Shown here: piece after piece, positions 51,186 through 63,146 of the stretch
Numbering within the stretch: position 1 is the first letter of the stretch
How the letters are laid out: every line of letters begins with the position of its first letter
NCBI RefSeq assembly: GCF_001194135.2
Contig: NC_068981.1
Coordinates: 177,068,561-177,132,560, forward strand
Length of the DNA stretch: 64,000 nt
Direction of reading: 5' to 3'
From: Octopus bimaculoides
Taxonomy: Eukaryota
The notes under the pieces: model-generated
Told to the model about the DNA's origin: nothing
What the model saw: only the letters and a program-made list of their open reading frames with translations
Databases searched by the model: none
Position numbers and translations under genes: made by a program

Positions 51186-51710
51186 ATGCATTATTATCTT
51201 ACAGCATGCCTCAAGGTCACCAACGAGGCACTGAGCTAGAACTCTATGATTACACATATGATGGAATGAGAAAAGATGGTTACCTTTCTGGAGGTGTTGG
51301 TCAACTTACTGATGGTTTACAAGGCAACAGTAACTTCCGCATGACTGACAGTAAGGGTCTTGGTGTGAAAGGTTATGACTGGGTGGGCTGGAGAAACAAT
51401 TCGGATATGTTTAAACCAATTGAAATCATCTTTAAATTTGATGGAGTAAGAAACTTTTCTGAGGTGTTTCTCTACTGCAATAATGCTTATAAAAAATATG
51501 TACGAGTTTTCCGGACTGCTCTGATTTCTTTTAGTAATGGAGGCAAATATTACAGAGATGAGATAAAATTTTATTACGTGAAGGACACTATTGTCGAGTA
51601 TGCCAGAGATATAAGTATTGATCTAAAACACAACATTGGTAGATATATTAAAATGCAGTTGTTTTTTGAAGCACGTTGGATTATGATAAGTGAAGTTCGT
51701 TTTGAATCAA
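51186..51710 (+). CDS. DDR: DDR exon encoding the whole DS-like domain
   Basis: ttgcag acceptor; gtaagt donor at 51711; 525 nt, phase 1/1; lies within ORF 51110-51718; motifs YDG, GQLTDG, GYDWVGW, IIFKFDGVRNFS, ISEVRFES. Confidence 0.96.
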
Positions 51711-53284
51711 GTAAGTGAACTTTTTGGTTTCTTTTTTTTTTTCTGTGTCTTACTCAAAACTAAAGGCATCTTTTTATCTTCTATATTGTATGTTGAAAAA
51801 TAGTACTTTCAACCATGTAACAAACATCCTTGTATTAGCTGGTCATCTGAATAGATGCATGTGTCAATATATTGTGAATTGTTATGATACTGCATTGCAT
51901 TTATATGAAAGGAAACATTTGAAGAGTTGTAAAATCAGTAAATCATCAATCAGGTTTCATCATCATTTTCAATTTGTAACACATTAGCAAACAATGATCT
52001 ACACTCATTATGGAGTTGGCTTCAATGTGATGTATGTGTAATAAATAAATATATATATATTTTTGTGTACATATTTGTGCATATATTTATATATAAATAC
52101 ATGTGTGTGTGTATCCATATATGTATGTGTGTATATACATACATATATATAGATAGGTAAATATATGAGTATGTATGTCTGTGTGTATGTATGATCAATG
52201 AAAATGCTGGTGGAGATCCCACCAAGTACCATGAAAACCCACTCTGACAATTTCCAGCTACACGTGCGCGCATGTGTGTGTGTGTGTGTGTGTCAACTTC
52301 CAATCAGCCAAAAATAATGTTAAAACAAAGCCATGTGAGATTTTGAGTCAATTTGATGTCTGAATCTTGATTACAAACAGGAAGTGTGTTTTGTTTTGTA
52401 CATAACATAAATTATGTGATGTGGAAAACTAAAAGAACCACTTTATGCATGTCAAGTACACACAGAAAACGAGTAAAGAAATAGAAAAAAAACAGTGGGA
52501 ATAGATAATAAAGATTATAAATTGAATAAATGTGATAACGAGTAATAAGAATGAAAATAAGGAATTTATGTTAAAACCCATGTAAATACGAATAGAATTA
52601 GACTTAACTCAGTTCTATATCACCTGAAAGTGGTGTGGAACTGTATGTAATATATAGTGGGCAGAAGTGATTTTGTTGATATTACGACAAAAATACTGAT
52701 GAAATAGTGATAGTTCACTAAAATCATAGATTCTTGTGAAAATATCATATAACAATTTTTCTAGTGAGCTTTTGATATCAAATTCATGAGATTCTAAATG
52801 AATTGTATATTTTTAAGGAGTTCCAAAAATATTAAAGAAACTTTACTTGTGCACTTTCAGTATATTCAGCTTGTTGTTGATAGGACAAGTTTCTTCACTC
52901 TTTTGTTACTATATTTTTAACCAAAATACACCCATTATGTGTTTCAATTAAATTGTAAAATAATTAGGAAATTAGACTGGTTTCATAAAACAACTCATTT
53001 TTTGCTTATCAACATATTGTGATTTTTGAAATTCAGTTTAACAGAAGGTTCATAAATAAATCTGTTGTGTAATTGTTGTCGCAAAGTGAATCTAATTTCT
53101 ACAAGTAAATTCAATAAAACATTAAGTTATTTATGTTTTGTTGGACTGTTACCATAGAAAATAAGTTATTAGCTAATATTCAATTGGGTATAACAACAAA
53201 ATTTTAATATAGAAGAATTGTGCACATTGCTGGATTGGTTTGGTTCTCTGTCTGTTACAAGGCTGAGTGTTTCATCAACAGAAC

Positions 53285-53552
53285 AACTTGTTTGTGAAAT
53301 TAACCTGCAAGAGGCTGAGTACTCCACAGACACATGTACCCTTAACGTGGTTCTCAGAGAGATTCAGCATGACACTGATTGTGATGAAGCTGGCTCTTTG
53401 AATTGCAGACAGAACTCATTTTTGCCAGCTGAGTCGAGTGGAGCAATGAGAAAATCTGTGTCTTGCTCAAAGACAACAACACATTGCCAAGAATCAAACT
53501 CACAGCTTTATGATCACAAGCTGAATACCCTAACCACTAAGCTACGCACCTT
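53285..53552 (-). mobile_element. Decayed SINE family E (explains ORF 53218-53592)
   Basis: Minus strand aaggtgcgtagcttagtggttagggtattcagc ... gagtttgattc ... tctttgagcaagacac. Confidence 0.75.
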
Positions 53553-54330
53553 CTCTGGATTATCAGTTGCACATAAGACAGGTGTATCATAATGGTAAAA
53601 TAGACAAAAATAATGGAATTTATCCTTGAAGAAAACTTGAAAATGAAACCTATACACCATCAAGTAAATGAAATAAACTCATATATATGCATAAATACAC
53701 AGAAATATGTGCAATAATGATTCACAATACAAATGAATCAAAATTTGTTTCTCACTTTACAGGTAAATGCAAAATTAAAAAGTAAATCTGAAAAAAAAAA
53801 CATTTATAAAATAAAATTATATATATATATAAATAATAGAAACTTGTAAAGTGCCCCACTCTATATAATGCAACCTTGCAGAAGGCATATTAGAAAGTCA
53901 TTTCAAGTGATTGTCCACTGGGATCTTTCCTTTTCTCATGTAGGTAATCCCAGCAATTTTTTGCTGTCATCAATTTTTTTTTTTTTTGTCTTATAGAGAG
54001 TTTGGATGAATTCAGAGGGATGGCAAATTTTAGCTTTTCTCTCAATTATTTTCTTGGACATATAACCTGCCCTCAACTGTGTTGTTACACCTGCTCAGAA
54101 CTGCAGATGGTTGCATTGCTTTCAATCTCCTGATTTGGTATGTAATAAAAATGCATTAACAATACTCATTTTTACTATATACCAAACCAGATGTTAGGCA
54201 GTCTACCAATCGGCTAATAGCTCATCATTTGATTCAGCCAAGTTACACCACCCGTGTACCTTTTATATTTGAGGTTCACACATGTGCACAAGTAGATAAG
54301 AAATTGACTTGCCTCTTATCTCCATGCAGT

Positions 54331-54715
54331 TACTCTTTTACTTGTTTCAGTCATTTGATTGTGGTCATGCTGGAGCACCACCTTTAGTCGAGAAAATCGA
54401 CCCCAGGACTTATTCTTTCTAAGCCTAGTACTTATTCTATCGATCCCTTTTGCCGAACCACTAAGTTGCAGGGACGTAATCACACCAGCATCGGTTGTCG
54501 AGCGATGTTGGGGAGACAAACACAGACACACAAACACACATATACATATACATATATACCACTGGCTTCTTTCAGTTTCCATCTGCTAAATCCACTCACA
54601 AGGCTTTGGTCAGCCCAAGGCTATAGTAGAAATCACTTGCCCAAGGTGCCACACAGTGGGACTGAACCCAGAACCATGTGGTTGGTAAGCAAGCTACTTA
54701 CCACACAGCCACTCC
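54331..54715 (-). mobile_element. Full-length SINE family A
   Basis: Colinear with 33113-33520. Confidence 0.9.
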
Positions 54716-56079
54716 CGATTTCCTTTCTGTTGTTGGATTATTTCCCTTTTTTATATCTAACTGCAGTCCCTTTCTTCTTTCAACCACTGTAGCACATCTA
54801 TATACTGCCACAGCTTCTAAATCCACTGCAAGTTTGACTGAACTGAAAAACTATTCAAAAAATGACATACAGCCCTGGTTATGGTATGGAAGTGATAATT
54901 TCCAGATCACATTGTGCTCTAGGTCATGCTATCTTACATTACTGTCTCTTTTTGTAATATAAAAATTGATTCCATAGCAGTTCCCAATATTTCCCAACAT
55001 TCACCTCACGAATCTTATAAACTTTGATTTCCCATTTTGTGGTTTTTCTTGGCACATGCTGTCAGAAATGTGCCTAACCTTTATAACCCACCATACTTTC
55101 ATAAAGGGATAAGTGTCTATCAGGCTTATCAAACATTTTGTATGTGTTCTAAGCCCTATCAATGAGGGGATTTATTTTAAATAAGGGATCAAAATTCGTC
55201 TCCCCACATACTGCTGTACTGCTTGTGTCTCTTATATGCAAATACTGTGATAATTAAAAAAAACCATGTTCTTGTCATGGTATTGAAACGTACTGATCTC
55301 TGAAAGGTTCATAATTACTCCAGTAGTTTGTAATCCTGAGTAGATTCTTTAATACACATGATATTAACAGTAAAAAATTCTTGGATTTCTTCCAGTTATG
55401 TGGGTGACCACAAACTGTCTTTTTTACCTCTTTGTTTATGTTCTGTGTAATGATTTTGTTTCTGCGGTTATTGTTTCAAAGAAGGGGGGGGGGGAAATGC
55501 CTAATAGTTTTGTTTCTTTGAAAGACTGTTACTTGGTCCAATTTCTTCAAAACAATAATGAAAAACAGTTTTTAAATTTTCACTCCATTCAGATACAAAT
55601 TTGCTTTCTTTATCTCTAATGGAGCTGTTGTCATAATCACATGTTTCACTTTTGGAAATCAAAATATCCAATTCACACAGATGGTTTTTTTGCTCATTAT
55701 ATATTTCTTAGAAATTTTCATGTCTTCTCTCAAAAATTTTTAAAATTCAGATTTGTTGCTTGAGAACTTAAAACTCATATCCATTTTCTGAAATAAAAAA
55801 AATTCAGAAATTGATTTATTATAATGTGAAATAAAAAATTTTCAAAAATTCACATGTCAAATAATGTTGGACACTGTTACTTAATTTGTTTAAATAGTGA
55901 AACCACGTGTTTGCATGAATGTACTGTGATTCACACGGAAATTCTCATTTAAATACAAATTGGTTATCTTGGGTGGTTTTAGGTGAGTTGGTAACATAAG
56001 CTAAAAAAAATTCTTGGGTGGGCTTAATAATGAAAGGGTTAAGATAAACTTATTTAGTTAACAGTATTTTGAAATTGGT

Positions 56080-57960
56080 TCATTTCTTGAATTTGACAAC
56101 TTGATAAAGAGCTATCAAGAAAGACCTTCTCACTGCTACATCAGTGGCATATACACAATCTTTCCGAATATGGTTTGTTGAATTTTACTACTGACCATAG
56201 AATTCTACTTGTAGACATACTCTCATTTTTAGTTACCAATATATTGTGAGAGGGAAGTTGTATTTCTTCTTTCTGGACTCCTGAAAAAATGTTTGTGTTG
56301 TGCTAGCACAGTGCGTCAACTCTTTGCTGGAACATTTGTTATTTCAAGGACAAAGTTAATGTGGTGATTACTATGTAGTTGGAAAGCTGAAGGTATACTG
56401 TTGTGGTAATTTATTTTGTTGACACTATTAATTAAAGCTTTGGTGTAACTAGTGCATCTGTAGCTAACTTTTAAAGTTTTTGTTGAAAATCTTACAGTAC
56501 TTATAACCAATAGGGAAGTGTCTCTGTACCAGATTCAAAAAGTTTCTAGCGGTGTTAGTAGTGCCACCTAGAATAATGGTGGCTGTTAAACCAGGTAATA
56601 CTACACTTGCAATTTTTTTGTTGTTTTTGCAAAATATTATTAGGTGGTATATATTTCTCAAAATAAAAAAAAAGTCACTCTCTTTCAATGCATTGCTATA
56701 ACATGGGTTACCCAGTTGAAAATTTCTTCATCTGATAAAATAGCAGAAATCCATGGCTAATGTTGCTTACAAAATTCTTTAATACTTATTAATAGATGAC
56801 TAGAGTATTTGATGCACACAAATTTCTCATTGGCCTTCCTGTAGGGCAATGTTTTTCTGTACTTGAGCCTAATGTAATGTCTAAAAATTAACTACAATTT
56901 ATAGTGTAGTAATTCTTAAACTTAATTCTTTGAATGGTCTTTTCTTAGTTTATCCAACTGATTGTTATTCATATGGCTTGAAATTAAGAAGCTGTAATCT
57001 TGAGAAAGTCTATGCAGCTGGTTTTCTTCCTCAAGGAATCTAACATGTAATCCCACTTGTCTACTGGCCTCAGCCACATCATACAGTCCTGCAGTGACAC
57101 CAGGTAGCTCCTTGCTATTGTTTCACTCAAATGCTATCTTCAAAGAATAGTAAGAGTTTTAGATATGCTTGATATCAATTTCAAGATTACTAATGGAGAT
57201 CAATTTCTTGCTGAACTCTAAAGAATTGAGTAGATAAAGCTTTTAAGATACAAGGTAGAACTCAATTTCATCAAATTGGATAAATTTTCAATTATGTTTA
57301 CTATTTATTTGGATAAACCAATTAAGGACATAAAGGTAAATTTATGCCTTGACAAATTTTAATGATAATTACATCTAAGATGTGCTTGTTTGCAATAGCT
57401 AGTTCACTCTTCGCTCCAAAAATTATGATTGGGATCCATAGGGGGTTTCCCTGAGTGCTAAGCTGTAACATCTGGGTTTGATTTTCTGCATTTGATTGTA
57501 ATGTTGTTAGAAAGAAGCCTGGAGCATGAGGCATGTCCATCTCATAAAGGGATTTTTACTATGACAGTATGAACAATTTTTTTTTCTTTGAGCATTTGAA
57601 TGTTTTTGTATTATTATTTTTTTGGTTTTTTAAATGTTCTTGAATGGTGTGTGAATGTAATAATTTCAAATAGTCCATTTTCAAAACCCACCTAAAATGT
57701 CTTCTGGGAGAATAGATTTCTAGTCTTAAGACAATATTTTATTAGTTAGAGCCATCTGCAGAGTTATCAATGAAGTATCATTTCCAGCATGTTTTCTTTA
57801 TTAGGTCTTTTGGGATTTTTTTTTTTTTGTTATTCTTTTTCTTATTACGCATTTCAGATATGCTTTCTTAGACATGATAGGGAATGTTTTGTACTTAATG
57901 TGGTACCAGGTATTGGAACCTTGTCAGTAAAAAGGTTCCCTGTTTGTGAAGAATACACAA
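56080..57960 (-). mobile_element. Decayed, near full-length Penelope-like element of Naiad type (RT + GIY-YIG region)
   Basis: Frame fragments in order: AKSELAIANKHILD; FIQFDEIEFY; GLYDVAEASRQVGLHV; PYRKANEK; SDEEIFN; TNTARNFLNLVQRHFP ... TLKVSYRCT; TSLSQYI; ILWSVVK..KPYS ... CH*CSSEK. Confidence 0.8.
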
Positions 57961-58692
57961 CATTAACTGGGTTAATGTATCCTTGTTAATACAAATGAAA
58001 GGAAATGGTACCCAATACATAACCGTTAACTTTAATGATAACAATGGGGGAAAGAACTTGGTTTTCAACAGTTATTTACTCTGAGCTTCACATTATCAAA
58101 AAACATTTCGTTTTTAACTGTTTGACATTTGATGAAATTATGTGGGCGGCCAGCGGGCCAGGCAGACTACAACTGATTTAAACATAGGAAGGAGAAGTAG
58201 CTAATTAAATGAAAACAAGGAGACTTTAATCAGAGAGGGGGAGTGGAGTTATAGGTGAGGTGTTGCATGAGTGACATTATAGTAGTGAATGGGTAGCGAC
58301 AGTGGAATAGAAGCAAGTGTTGAACAGGAAAAGATCTGGAAGTAATTAATTTTACTGAATGGTGATGGAGCATGGTGAGGGAAGATTTTCTCTGATCCCA
58401 AGAAACCTCATGTACCAACATCTAACTGTATTGAGTGCACTTTCTCCTACTCATATGTATGCGTATACATGATAGAAAATACATATGGTGCATTGGTGGA
58501 CATTATGTATAATACTGTTAAAATATTAAATGAATGAAATAATAAAGCCAAAGAGTAAAATTTTTAATAACAGATTTTGATATTTTGGCATGAGAAAGCC
58601 TTTATCAAAATTCATAACATCTATGCCTGCACCTTATGTATACACGCACGCCCAAACCTGCTTACATACAGACATTTATACACACACACACA

Positions 58693-59450
58693 CATCGTCA
58701 TCATTGTTTTGTTTAACATCCCTCTTTTATGCTGACATGTGTTGGATGGTTTGACAGAATCTTATGAGCCAAAGGATCACGCTAAGCTCCAGTATCTGTT
58801 ATGGCATGGTTTCTATGGCTGGATGTTGCCCTAATACCAAACACTTTACATGCCAAACATTTTCATGGTATTGATACAAGTGAGGTTACCATATAACTCA
58901 CAAGACAAGACCCCTCAATTGAGTGAGGGTTTAGTATTGAGAGAGGAGGCTTTGTGCCAGATATTGAGAAATTAAAGTGTAACAGAAGGACAGGAACATG
59001 TGTCTTGTTGTGGAAGAGATAGATAGCTACCTCAGCTGGAAAGGGAGAAGAGAGATCATGGTGATGAGGTGTCAGGGTGTACCCTCAAGTTACAAGAAGG
59101 TGAATATAAGAGAGAATAGTTTGAGAGGATCAGACAGAGTGGATGGGTTCATGAGAGTGTGAAAGGAGAGTGACAGGTGGTTAGAGATGGGGACAGAGGT
59201 GAAAGCAGTGAACAGGGAACACAGTTGCTGGCATGGTCACTGATGAATAATGGTCAGGTGGAAGTGAAAGTAAGAGGAGTAGGTCAAGGAAATGGAGAGG
59301 ATATGTCACAGGATAAAATACAGGAGAGAGTAGAGAGCAACAATATAATAAAACCATGAAGTGTGGAGGGTGAGAAAGGAATGCACAGTGACAGAGACAG
59401 CAGTCAGAGGTGGGAGAAAATAGATAGTATTTGTGGGATTTTGATTTACT
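58693..59450 (-). mobile_element. Older RTE-tailed element, long form
   Basis: RTE-type tail plus purine-rich extension shared with the 24321 and 59492 copies. Confidence 0.6.
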
Positions 59451-59491
59451 GTCAGGTGACTTTTGACCAACCCTGTATATAGTAGTTATTT

Positions 59492-60330
59492 ATCATCATT
59501 TAACATCCCTGATTTCATGCTGGCTTGGGTTGGGAAGATCCACTGGACCCAAAGACTTCATTATGCTCCAGTATCTGCTTTGGCATGATCTCTACAGCTG
59601 GATGCCCTTCCTAATGCCAACCAGTTTCCAGCATGTACTGGGTGCTTTTTTGTGCTACTAGTACTAGTGAGGTCATTGTGCAGCTTGCAAGATTATGAAA
59701 CCTGAGGCAGGAGATGGGGGTAGCTTTATGCCAAGAGATGAGGTGCAAAAGTATGAGAGTAGGAGTGATGAGCAAGTCCTTATCGAGGATCTATATGGTT
59801 ATTCACATTTAGAAGAGAGAATGAGATTGCTCAGCAAAAGCTGCAAAGGGATAAAATATAAACAGTGGTGATTAGGCAGCCAGGTGACTCCACAAGGTAT
59901 GAGGGAATCGAGGTGAGTGGGGACAGAAGAACCAGGGGTGTGGGCTGGGATTTGCAAAGAGTGTATGGGAAGCAAAAGTTAGAGGTAGGCAGCAACTGTA
60001 AAGATTGGTTAGGGTTCAAGGGTGGATATAGAGAGTAATGTATAAGGGGTAGGATGACCAAAGGGTGTAGAAGAGAGATGGGAAAGTTGCAGGGTAATAT
60101 GAGTAAAGAAGATACAGTTGGCAGGGAGGAGCACAAGTGAGAGATAACATGTAATTGGGTAGGCTGCAGAAGTTGAGAGACAGGAGCTGGTGTAGCGCAT
60201 GAAGAGAGATAATTTAATGATTCAGTAGGGGGAGATGAGAGCAAATGATCAATGTGATTTGTGGGCAACAGCTAACAAGTAAAAAACGGTTCCAGGTAGC
60301 AAGAAAAACAAAGAGAATGGTAGTGAGAGA
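59492..60330 (-). mobile_element. Older RTE-tailed element, long form, second tandem copy
   Basis: tcatcatttaacatcc ... ctggatgcccttcctaatgccaacc followed by the same extension. Confidence 0.6.
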
Positions 60331-60419
60331 GATCATGAGTGGGTGGTTGAGGTGGGAATATCAGGAGATTGGATAAGGTACCCATTTGTGTATATATGTA
60401 CATGCAGTGCTTCCAAGTC

Positions 60420-60830
60420 ACTTCTAGAGAGATGGGTCTTCTCCAGGCCTTCATATCATCAGACATCATCCTGGTCCTTTGTCATCCCCTCCATGACACT
60501 CAGGGTTCTGAGGTCAGCCTTCATCATCATATCATCCTGGGTCCTCTTCCAAAAGTTCTAGCCATATTAAGTGATTTACGCTTCTTTCTACGGCTGTCCT
60601 CATCCATATGCATCACATGTCCATATGAGTGCAGTCTTCTTTCTTGTGCACTACATCTGATTCTTCTCATGCCCAGCTTTTCTCTCTGCACATTTATACT
60701 AAGTCATTCATACACACCCAACGTTCTTTCCAGTCTTCCCATATCCTCTGCATTCAAGGATCACATCTCTCTATCAGTTCCAACACATGCATCATACAAT
60801 CTGCTCTTCACTCTCTGGGAAAACACATTT
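60420..60830 (-). mobile_element. Decayed RTE LINE ORF C-terminal fragment
   Basis: Reverse translation FSQRVKSRLYDACV...AEDMGRLER and REKLGMRRIRCSAQERRLHSYGHVMHMDEDS parallels the 12931-13238 protein. Confidence 0.8.
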
Positions 60831-60854
60831 GTTGCCAGTGACATATATATAGGT

Positions 60855-61015
60855 GTAGGCGTCGGTGTGTGGTAAGAAGTTTGCTTCACAACCACAAGGT
60901 TATGGCTTCAGTTCAACTATGTGGAACCTTGGGCAAGTGTCTTCTACTATAACTCCAGGCCAACCAAAGCCTTGTGAAATGATCTGGTGTACAGAAGTTA
61001 AAAGAAACCCATTGT
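60855..61015 (+). mobile_element. Decayed SINE family A head
   Basis: aggcgtcggtgtgtggtaagaag ... ccttgggcaagtgtcttctactata. Confidence 0.75.
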
Positions 61016-61064
<49 letters not shown>

Positions 61065-61727
61065 TATGTAGGGTGGAAGGAAAATAAAAAGCACCTTCTG
61101 AAGTAAGCAGTTTATATGTGCAAAATTTCAAAGACAGTCCTTGCAATAGTTCATGTTTGATCATAGCTATGTTCTATGTCAGTGCATTGTTCATTCTCTC
61201 TAATGCTGAACAGTTAGTTTTGTTTTGTTTTTTCTTGAGCTTTTGTAGCTGTTACCAAATATGAAAGAAAGTGAAAGAAGTATTTCTGGACTGTATCCAA
61301 CCCTTAACAGTTGCATATAATTATTTGGTTGTGGTAATAGATGGTATGACACTATAATGTTTCATTGTTGTTGTGTGTTTGTGTATATGAGTATTGAGAT
61401 TTTTGTATCATTTAGGTTTACTTATCTTCACTGTTCAAAAATCAAGCCCTTATCAGAAGCGAAATAGTATTTTCAACTCTTATACTCAGTTTTTTAATAA
61501 TCATACGTTATGTGGCTATGTTTGGTGTGGTACCATGAGACTTGGAAAAAAGACAATTACATAACCATCACTCCCAGATGAGTATGACCAAGAATCGTAT
61601 ACCATGTTTTTGGTAATTGTATTAGGTGTCTAAGTAGTTGTGAGCAGACACAGATACTTTCTTGGCGCCCCCCACCAGACACACGAAAATGTATTTTTAC
61701 ATATTGATGCACAGATGTGTATGTATA

Positions 61728-61763
<36 letters not shown>

Positions 61764-61779
61764 GTTGGAATTTATAAAA

Positions 61780-63146
61780 AAAAAAAAACCAAAAGACGAA
61801 GACAGGTGTGTAAACAACAAACAGATGTATTAGTTTAATGCTCAGGAAGTGAGAAAGTCTTTTATGTTTCGAGCCTATGCTCTTCAACAGAAAGGGACAC
61901 AGAGATAAGCACAGAGAGAGAGAGAAAAAAAAAAAGGTTTAGTGGCTAGCGATCAATCATGGCGAAGGCCGGACAGAGGTGGTCAAACAGGAGAGCTAGG
62001 AGGAAGGGGAGATAAAAAAAGAAGTGGTGATCCCAAAACGAAGGTGTGCGTGCATGTGTATGTGCGTGTGCATAAGGGCTGGTAACCTTGACATGTGCGT
62101 GTGTGAATGATGGTGTGGGTGCTGGGAAGTGGTCAGTGCTAGTGTGTGCAGGGTGGTGTGGTATGGTGGTGTGTGGTAGTATTGAGGTGTGGGAGAAGCA
62201 AGGGTGGGGTGGGGCATGTGGGTAGGAGTGAAGAGAGGAAGTAGATGTCAGAGCAAGAAAGGAGAGGTGGGTAGGAGTGAAGGGAGGAAGAGAGGAGGGG
62301 GTTAGATGAAGTGGGGAGGAGAGTTGAGCCCATGTGGCACAAAGGAGCAAAGAGAGAAGATTAATTCCTGTTCACAGTGAAGACGGGAGTCTGAATGGCC
62401 CCTGTGCAAGGACAATCTGAACACAGACAGGTGTTGTAAAGAATGACTGGTAGAGCAGAAATGGCACGAGACCGGGGTGTCATTGCTGAGTCTGATATCT
62501 CAGAGGTGTTCTGCAAATGGTCAGCCATGTGGCATCCCGTTTGATCAATGTACAGAGAAGGACAGAGAGAGCAGGAGATGCAGTAGATGACGTTGCTAGA
62601 AGTGCAGGTGAAAGAGTCAGTGATATGATAGGGTCGATGATGGGTGCCAGTGTGGATGGTGGTGTTGGAGAGGTAAGGGCAAATGCGGCAGTGTGGGCAG
62701 AAGTAGGGTAACGAGCTGGGTTGGGAGGTTGGGTTAGGGAAGAAACTGTGAACCAGGAGGTCACATAGGTTGTGGGCTCGTTTGAAGGAGGGGAGAGGTC
62801 GGTTGCGGAAGATATGTGAAGTGGAAGGGTCAGACTGGTGTTGCCAGGTGGCTCAGAGAATGGTGCATTGGAAGGGTGGAGGAGTGGTAGGTGAGGGGAG
62901 ACGGATGATGGTGGGGCAGATGCACGGTCCACGGAACATGCTCTGGCAAGGGCAGTATGGAAAGATTGGACAAAAGAGAGGAAGATGTCTAGTTCGCAGG
63001 AGAGTGAGGTCGCACTGATACAGTCATCAATACAATGATCATATAGTTTGGGAGTGGGACCATTGAAACTTGAGAATATTTGGGACTCAATGTAGCCAAT
63101 GAACAGGTTCACATAGTTGGGGCCCATTCTCATTCCTATGGTCATA
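61780..63146 (-). mobile_element. 5'-truncated Penelope-like element (Neptune-type): RT fragment, Cys linker, GIY-YIG endonuclease, 3'UTR/pLTR
   Basis: GMRMGPNYVNLFIGYIE ... CIDDCI ... SFHTAL; CPHCRIC; FTCTSSNVIYCISCSLCPSLYIDQTG; EQELIF ... PHGLN, stop at 62302. Confidence 0.92.
61859..61894 (-). ncRNA. Decayed minimal type-I hammerhead ribozyme in the Penelope 3' region
   Basis: Minus strand cttt-CUGUUGA-a-gagc-auag-gcuc-GAAAC-AUA-aaag: stem I cttt/aaag, stem II gagc/gcuc; core deviates at CUGANGA (A>U) and at the GUH triplet (G>A). Confidence 0.6.

Larger units (their letters stand above)
5019..51710 (+). other. DDR: Partial gene model (4 internal exons) of a discoidin domain receptor tyrosine kinase, DDR1/DDR2 family
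   Basis: Exons of 142+90+148+525 nt join in one frame with phases 2/0/0/1/1. Translation: (R)IRTEKNGGAWCPK...TQGRFGNGK|GQEYAEAYVLEY...RAGEE|VFRGNQNTY...VCMRVEMYGCQWA|DALLSYSMPQG...GQLTDG...WIMISEVRFES. This matches DDR DS plus DS-like domain motifs. Introns are 21,892, 21,334 and 2,561 nt including N gaps. Confidence 0.95.

Noticed and set aside
53218-53592. 124-aa ORF as a possible DDR exon or nested gene
   Set aside because: It is the antisense reading of a decayed family-E SINE.
54080-54260. Faint GIY-YIG-like translation (LYTKPDVRQSTNRLIAH)
   Set aside because: Too degenerate to support without an alignment.
55075-56042. Larger piggyBac-type non-autonomous element ending aatgaaagggttaa
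   Set aside because: Right end is suggestive but the left TIR is too degenerate to define.
56130-56160. In-frame TGA near the Naiad C-terminal Cys motif as selenocysteine
   Set aside because: It aligns with the Leu of CxLC, not a Cys, and the copy is riddled with stops.
59831-62350. Pro/Ser/Leu/His-rich ORFs (59831-60268, 60369-60875, 61946-62350)
   Set aside because: Off-frame or antisense readings of purine-rich TE UTRs and an RTE fragment.
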